This document shows positions 58,459-64,000 of a DNA stretch of 64,000 nt, in pieces. The DNA is from a virus, in IMG/VR virus record IMGVR_UViG_3300021178_000001, positions 1 to 64,000 of that record, one strand, 5' to 3'. How positions within the stretch are numbered: the stretch's first letter is position 1; each line of letters opens with the position of its first letter. A program made the translations under genes and the position numbers. Below the pieces are notes generated by a model. It made no database searches. It saw nothing but the letters and a program-made list of their open reading frames with translations, and had not been told where the DNA came from.

Positions 58459-59922
58459 TCAGTCACAGGAAATTCTATTTATCGGACACTCAAAGTTTCG
58501 ACCATAAATGTCAATTCTTTGTACAGTGTGCTTTTTCATGTATTTGGTTCTTAAAAAGTCGAAATCGTGAATTTTAGCTATATTTTTACCCTCAAAGAGT
58601 CGTACAGCTCTACCTACGGCTTGGACTATGACGATCTCGGACTTGCCACCCTGGCACATAATCAAAACATCGGTAGATTTTATATCGATCCCCTCTCCAA
58701 TTACTGAGGACCCAATGAGAATCCGAAATCGCTTGTCGTTGAAAGCCTTTATAGTGTTGTTGACGACTTCTTTCTTGTCATCACCCGAGATGTACATGTT
58801 GTCGAACCCGTGCATCTTCAAGAACTCATGGAAGATGAGACCAGCTTTGTCTTTATTCTTGACTAGAATCAAAATCTGCTCGTTGTCTCCCGACTGGTTG
58901 CAGATCTCGAGAACTTTGTTGAGGATGACTTGAGACCCGCAGTAGTTGTTGTCATATTCCTTCGGGTAAGACCTATTAGGTTTTCCTTGCAACTCATGAA
59001 TGTTGACCTCGATCGGTGTGAGGTACCCTTCCTCGATTGCTCTGTGCGCGGGATAGCGAAAGAGGACATTCGAGAGAAACCCCCACATGTCTAAAGACTT
59101 GGAGTCGTTGCGAAGGAACGTGCCCGTGAACCCGAAGCGATAGTAGATATGGTCTAACTCATTGAGAAGGTTAGTGTAACTGGCACTTCCGGCGTGGTGA
59201 ATTTCGTCGACGAACAGTGCCTCGACGTCTTTCAAGACACTCTGGATCTCTCCACTCTTTTGCAGCGAAGCGAGAGTTTGAACGGTAGCGATGCGGATCG
59301 GAGCCAGTTTCTTTCCAGACCTGACTCTCTTAGAATCTACCGTCTCCACGGCGTGACGACCGAACCAACTGACAAAGTCATTTTCAAGCTGAAGTCCTAG
59401 TCCCACGGACGGCACGATCACTAGGGAAACCATGCTGAGCTCTTTTATAAGGTATCCGGCAACCAGCGATTTTCCGCTGCCTACAGCCGCTTCAAAGACT
59501 CCCCGTCCTTCTTTTAACCCCAACTCTATCATCTCTCTTTGGTAGTACCGCATCTCGTGCGGCTTGTTGTTCCACTTCAAGACGAGCGAGTTAGTCGGTA
59601 CCTTGCGGTGGTCGATCTCTCGGCACTTAGTGCTCAAAGTTTTGACAACTTCGCGGACTATGTTGAGGTGTCCGGTCGGAAACACGTCGTCGTGGAACCA
59701 GCATACCCACTCGCTCTTCTTGAGAGCACTGATTCTTCCGAGAGTCATGTGGTACATCTTAGTGTTGTTGAACCGCTTCGCTTGGTTGAGTTGGAAGAAG
59801 AGTTGTCCAAGTTCAGCGTCGATGTCGTTGCGATAAGTCAAGACCTCTTTTACGAGTTCTCGCACGTTCGCGGGAACGTCTCCAGTCAACTTACAAAAAG
59901 AGTTGCGAATTTCGAGGTTCAT
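58459..59922 (-). CDS. SF2 (UvsW-like) DNA helicase
   Basis: RYYQ, GSGKS, VDEIHH, GFTGT, GEGID and QAVGRAVR. Confidence 0.9.
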   Translation of the reverse strand: MNLEIRNSFCKLTGDVPANVRELVKEVLTYRNDIDAELGQLFFQLNQAKRFNNTKMYHMTLGRISALKKSEWVCWFHDDVFPTGHLNIVREVVKTLSTKCREIDHRKVPTNSLVLKWNNKPHEMRYYQREMIELGLKEGRGVFEAAVGSGKSLVAGYLIKELSMVSLVIVPSVGLGLQLENDFVSWFGRHAVETVDSKRVRSGKKLAPIRIATVQTLASLQKSGEIQSVLKDVEALFVDEIHHAGSASYTNLLNELDHIYYRFGFTGTFLRNDSKSLDMWGFLSNVLFRYPAHRAIEEGYLTPIEVNIHELQGKPNRSYPKEYDNNYCGSQVILNKVLEICNQSGDNEQILILVKNKDKAGLIFHEFLKMHGFDNMYISGDDKKEVVNNTIKAFNDKRFRILIGSSVIGEGIDIKSTDVLIMCQGGKSEIVIVQAVGRAVRLFEGKNIAKIHDFDFLRTKYMKKHTVQRIDIYGRNFECPINRISCD

Positions 59923-60255
59923 CTCCACCATTCTACTGTGCTTTTGGTGAAGTCAAAGTTTATTTTCAAAAAAGTCAAATTTTGGTGTATTTTTCTCTCT
60001 TCAAAAGATATAATAAACTATGTATAACATGCTAATGAGTAACTAAGCAGCGATTTAGCAAACATGAATTACTTGTATCTAGTAATTCATTATTCCTTTT
60101 TATCTAAAGAAATAAGAGTTAAACTGATTTTAAAGTGAAATCAGAACCGCTTCCTTTTGTCTCGTGTGGTAAGTTGAGTCGAAGTAATTCCGCGCGGCGC
60201 AGTATACGACTTGACTAACAGTGGGTTAAGATTGGTGTAACACGGAGACTCTTCA

Positions 60256-61878
60256 ATGCAAAAACAGATCATAAACGCCAAAGACTTCCTTCAGTCCAAG
60301 ATGGACGGCATGGCTGAACTAGCCGACATCGTGAAGAAGACCTTGGGTCCCGGAGGTCTTCCCATAATTTTAGAACGAGTCGGGCAAGCGCTCGACGGTT
60401 CACCCTTGGGTCCAAAGATCACCAAGGACGGCGTCTCGGTAGCCGAGGAGTGCGCTTCTGAAGACAAGGCCAAAGACGTCGTGATTCAAGCCGTAAAGGC
60501 TATTTGCAGAAAAACTAACTCCGACGCCGGAGACGGCACGACTACGGCCATAGTTTTGGGCCAAGCCATTCTTCAAGAAACTCAAAAGATCTTGCAAGAC
60601 GATCCTTCACTCAACCCACAACTAGTCAAGGAAGACATAGAACTGGTGGCTGCGAGAGTCATAGAGAAACTAAAGAGTTTAGCCGTTAAAGTGTCCGACA
60701 TGAAGGCCATCGAGGAAGTTGCGACTATCTCAGCCAACGGCGACCGATCGATAGGTCAAGTCATTCGCATGGCCTTCGAGCACGTCGGAGCCGAGGGTGT
60801 CGTCACCGTGGACGAGGGTTCTGGATCAGAAGTTACTCTAGACGTAGTCGAGGGATACCGCTTCAACCGTGGAGCTCAGTCTAGATCCGACTTCTTCAAC
60901 AACAAGGACCGAACTCACTTCGAAGCTGAGAAAGCCGCGATCGTCTTTTTTGACGGCAAACTACTCAACTTCACCGACATTATCCCGACCATTCAGTTGT
61001 TGGCCGGAGTCGACAAGGAAACTGGACAAGCTTCCAAGAAGTTGCCGCCAGTCATATTTGTGGCCAACGAGTTCAGTCGCGACGTGATTCAGTTCATGCT
61101 GATCCAGAAGATGGAGCGCGGAATGCAGCTGTGCGCCATCGAGGGTCCTCACATGAGTCACGTGAGAACTGGATACTACGACGACATGGCGGCTTACACC
61201 GGTGGAAGTCGGTTGGGTAACGGAGCTAGGTCACTCTCGGCCATCATAGAAGAGGACATCGGGTACATAGACAAGATCGTTTCGGACCAGTACAAAACGA
61301 CTATGTACGAGGGCAACGGTTCGGAAGAGTCAGTCTTAGAGCGAGTAGATCAGTTGAAAGCTTTGAAGGCGAAAGCCGAGAGTCCGTACGACGCTCAAGT
61401 CGTGAACGACCGCATCGCCGCGCTCACTAACGGAATCGCGAAGATCGGCGTAGGCGGAGCCACAGAACTAGAGATCAAAGAGAAGTACGACCGCATCGAG
61501 GATGCTCTCAACGCCTCGCGAGCCGCGATTCAAGAAGGAGTGGTAGTCGGAGGCGGAGTAACCCTCCTAAGAATAGCCGTCGAGATGTCTCCCGATTCCG
61601 TCGGAGCTAAGATCATGCAAAAAGCTCTGCAGTCGCCGTTTCGTCAGATCTTGGACAACATCGGTCTCAAAGAAGATGCAGTCAACGACATCGCGCTGTT
61701 AGTTTTAGAAGAAGAAGGAACCATCTACGACGCGCGGGATAAAAGAATTAAGAACGCCTCGGAAGCTGGTATCATAGACCCAGTTAAGGTTACTCGAACG
61801 GCGTTGGAGAATGCTGTCAGTATCGCAGGTTTGCTGAGCACCGCGGGTGGTGCGATTGTCTACAAAAAAGATAAGTAA
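60256..61878 (+). CDS. groEL: Phage-encoded GroEL-like chaperonin
   Basis: TLGPGG, ITKDGVSVA, AGDGTTTA, ISANGD, VGGATE.E.KEK.DR.EDAL and GIIDP.KV; no GGM tail. Confidence 0.95.
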   Translation: MQKQIINAKDFLQSKMDGMAELADIVKKTLGPGGLPIILERVGQALDGSPLGPKITKDGVSVAEECASEDKAKDVVIQAVKAICRKTNSDAGDGTTTAIVLGQAILQETQKILQDDPSLNPQLVKEDIELVAARVIEKLKSLAVKVSDMKAIEEVATISANGDRSIGQVIRMAFEHVGAEGVVTVDEGSGSEVTLDVVEGYRFNRGAQSRSDFFNNKDRTHFEAEKAAIVFFDGKLLNFTDIIPTIQLLAGVDKETGQASKKLPPVIFVANEFSRDVIQFMLIQKMERGMQLCAIEGPHMSHVRTGYYDDMAAYTGGSRLGNGARSLSAIIEEDIGYIDKIVSDQYKTTMYEGNGSEESVLERVDQLKALKAKAESPYDAQVVNDRIAALTNGIAKIGVGGATELEIKEKYDRIEDALNASRAAIQEGVVVGGGVTLLRIAVEMSPDSVGAKIMQKALQSPFRQILDNIGLKEDAVNDIALLVLEEEGTIYDARDKRIKNASEAGIIDPVKVTRTALENAVSIAGLLSTAGGAIVYKKDK

Positions 61879-61897
61879 CTAGGATGGTTTTCGGCAG

Positions 61898-61970
61898 GTC
61901 CCTTAGGTCAGCAGTTCTAAGCACTTCTCCCCCCCTCCAAAGTGCAACTGGTCTAAGGGATTTTTTATTT
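61898..61970 (+). terminator. Long stem-loop with T tract after groEL
   Basis: TCCCTTAGGTCAG pairs with CTGGTCTAAGGGA, inner GCACTT/AAGTGC, then TTTTTTATTT. Confidence 0.6.
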
Positions 61971-62038
61971 CTAAAGTCCAATGATTCACCCAACTTTTTG
62001 ATAAAATTTAGTATCTCGGTACATTACAGAGGACCTCA

Positions 62039-63814
62039 ATGTTCAAGCCAGTTGGATTTTCTGAAGTAATTTTTAAAGACAGATACGGTTTTACTAGTGA
62101 AGAAAGTTGGACCCAAGCTTGTCGCAGAGTTGCCAAACAAGCGGCCATAGCTGAGAAACCTCTAAAAGTAGAAGTCTACGAAGATAAATTCTACGACGAC
62201 TTAGTCAACAACTATTTCGTACCAGGCGGTCGCATTTGGTACAACTCTGGTCGTCCTAATCCTCAATTGCTAAATTGTTTCGTGTTGAACGAAGACCTCG
62301 ACTCCAAGGAAGGCTGGGGTCGTCTGTTGTACGAGAACGTCGTGACCGGAATGACTGGTGGTGGGTGCGGACAAGACTTCAGCGAGATCCGTCCCAACGG
62401 CGCCGAGATCAATGGTCACCGTGGAGTCTGTCCTGGACCTTTAGGTCTGATGCGCGGAGTGAATGCCGGTTCCCACATGGTGCGAGCTGGAGGCGGTCGT
62501 CGCGCCGCCAACATGTTTTCTGTAGATTCTACGCATCCGGACGTTTTAGAAATCATCGACGCCAAGCTCGTCAAGGGCGAGCTCGACATGGCTAACGTTT
62601 CCATACGATTCAAGAACGTCACCGGCTTCGTTAAAGCAGTCATAGAAGACGGATCGTGGGAACTTAGTTGGAAGGGTAAGTACAAGCGAGTTATTAAAGC
62701 TAGAGATCTATGGGACAAGATAGTGAGCAACGCCTGGAACAACGCCGAACCAGGCATCCTCAACATGGAACTAGCACTGTCTGAGAGCACTATTTACTAC
62801 ATAGAAGAGCTAATCACCACCAACCCATGTGGTGAGATCTTCTTGACTAAGTACGGAAACTGCTGTCTCGGACACTTAGTGCTAACACGTTTCATCAATA
62901 ATGGAAAAGTTAACTGGCAGTTATTAGGCGAAGTGATTCGCAACAGCGTTCGTTTCTTAGACAATATTCTGGACGTTAACTCATACCCGTTGCCTGAAAT
63001 GAAAGCAGCTTCGCAGAAACTTCGAAGAATTGGTCTAGGCACTACTGGACTCGCCGACATGCTAGCTATGCTTGGTATCAAGTACGGTTCGAAAGAAGGC
63101 AACGAGTTTAAGGACAAACTCTTCCGATTCATATCTAAAGCGTCCTACGAAGCCTCGGTGATGCTCGCCGTAGAAAAAGGAGCTTTCCCGGCTTGTAAGC
63201 CAGAGATGCATGTCAACTCCGGTTACGTAAAGCGCATGACCGATAAGATCCGTTCTCTCATCCGCGAACACGGTATCAGAAATTGTGCCTTGCTCACTCA
63301 GGCGCCGACGGGTACCGTATCGATCTTGTCGGGCAACTGCTCGTCCGGCATCGAACCCATGTTCGCGTTCGCTTACTGGAGAACTTACTGGGACGGAGAA
63401 GTACGCAAGTCTGAGCTGTGTTTTCACCCGTTGTTCGTAGAGTTCATGAATCAAGGCAAGTCGGTGGAACACTTCGTGGCTTCCCACGAGCTCTCAGTGC
63501 GAGACCACATGGAAGTTCAGAAAGTTATTCAGTACCACATCGACAACGCGTGCAGCAAGACTATAAACATGCCGGAGTGCTACCCAATAGAAGACATGGC
63601 CAAGCTATGGCTCGAGTACTTGCCGTTCCTCAAAGGCACGACTTTTTATCGAGAAAACTCTAGAAAGTTCATCAACGCCAAGGGTGAAGAGGAAGCGCCA
63701 CCGTTGACGCCGATTCCACTCGAAGAAGCGGTCCGACTGTACAAAGAGAAGTTAACCGCAAAAACTGAAGTGGCTGAAACTAATGATTGTCCAAATGGAA
63801 GTTGTAGTATATAA
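62039..63814 (+). CDS. nrdJ: Class II (B12-dependent) ribonucleotide reductase
   Basis: PGGRI, LLNCFV, RRAANM, TNPCGE, APTGT, SSGIEP, SKTIN, KGTTFYR (no class I YY pair) and a C-terminal Cys pair; no ATP cone. Confidence 0.88.
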   Translation: MFKPVGFSEVIFKDRYGFTSEESWTQACRRVAKQAAIAEKPLKVEVYEDKFYDDLVNNYFVPGGRIWYNSGRPNPQLLNCFVLNEDLDSKEGWGRLLYENVVTGMTGGGCGQDFSEIRPNGAEINGHRGVCPGPLGLMRGVNAGSHMVRAGGGRRAANMFSVDSTHPDVLEIIDAKLVKGELDMANVSIRFKNVTGFVKAVIEDGSWELSWKGKYKRVIKARDLWDKIVSNAWNNAEPGILNMELALSESTIYYIEELITTNPCGEIFLTKYGNCCLGHLVLTRFINNGKVNWQLLGEVIRNSVRFLDNILDVNSYPLPEMKAASQKLRRIGLGTTGLADMLAMLGIKYGSKEGNEFKDKLFRFISKASYEASVMLAVEKGAFPACKPEMHVNSGYVKRMTDKIRSLIREHGIRNCALLTQAPTGTVSILSGNCSSGIEPMFAFAYWRTYWDGEVRKSELCFHPLFVEFMNQGKSVEHFVASHELSVRDHMEVQKVIQYHIDNACSKTINMPECYPIEDMAKLWLEYLPFLKGTTFYRENSRKFINAKGEEEAPPLTPIPLEEAVRLYKEKLTAKTEVAETNDCPNGSCSI

Positions 63815-63821
63815 TTAATCT

Positions 63822-64000
63822 ATGCATGATTCTAGAACTAAAGGATTTAAATCTCAAGAATTAATTTCTAAGGAAGAGTTAGAACTTTATGATGGCTCAA
63901 CTAATAAAGAAATATCGGTGAAAACGGGAAGATCTATTTATATAGTTAAGAGATCTCTAATCCATCATGGACTTTACGTAGGAAAAGTTTATTTTACAAA
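63822..64000 (+). CDS. 5' end of an AT-rich ORF running off the window (possibly another homing endonuclease)
   Basis: TATAAT-N6-ATG; frame open to the window end (MHDSRTKGFKSQELISKEEL...). Confidence 0.5.
   Translation, partial: MHDSRTKGFKSQELISKEELELYDGSTNKEISVKTGRSIYIVKRSLIHHGLYVGKVYFT

Noticed and set aside
62039-63814. Intein or intron in nrdJ, helicase or groEL
   Set aside because: Lengths are compact, motifs are contiguous and no intein termini were seen.

Overview
A 64-kb segment of a large contractile-tailed (myovirus-type) dsDNA bacteriophage using the standard genetic code. The + strand carries the virion module: neck and head-associated proteins, tail sheath, tube, chaperones, tape measure, hub, spike, baseplate, several fibres and an M15 endolysin. 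It also carries GroEL and a class II ribonucleotide reductase. This module is interrupted four times by minus-strand cassettes of small accessory genes, which include an RpoD-like sigma factor, BolA, a cytochrome c, a subtilase, SprT, an exonuclease, ThyX, an HD nucleotidase and an SF2 helicase, and by free-standing homing endonucleases. The strongest leads are four. (1) Head-region polyproteins whose domains (VTC/CYTH, two Nudix, small basic modules) are delimited by a recurring hydrophobic-x-K-[S/A/G] motif, resembling a prohead-protease site; this suggests enzyme cargo packaged in the capsid. (2) A T4-like cytosine-replacement cluster (dCTPase, dCMP-specific ThyA-fold enzyme, dNMP kinase) containing a coupled SAM methyltransferase, with ThyX supplied separately. 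(3) A ~290-nt, densely base-paired intergenic RNA with its own promoter that I cannot assign to a known family. (4) At least nine genes with a -10 box exactly 6 nt before the ATG (leaderless), alongside a phage sigma factor with a rewritten -35 recognition helix. All protein calls come from motif recognition by eye; no database search was run.
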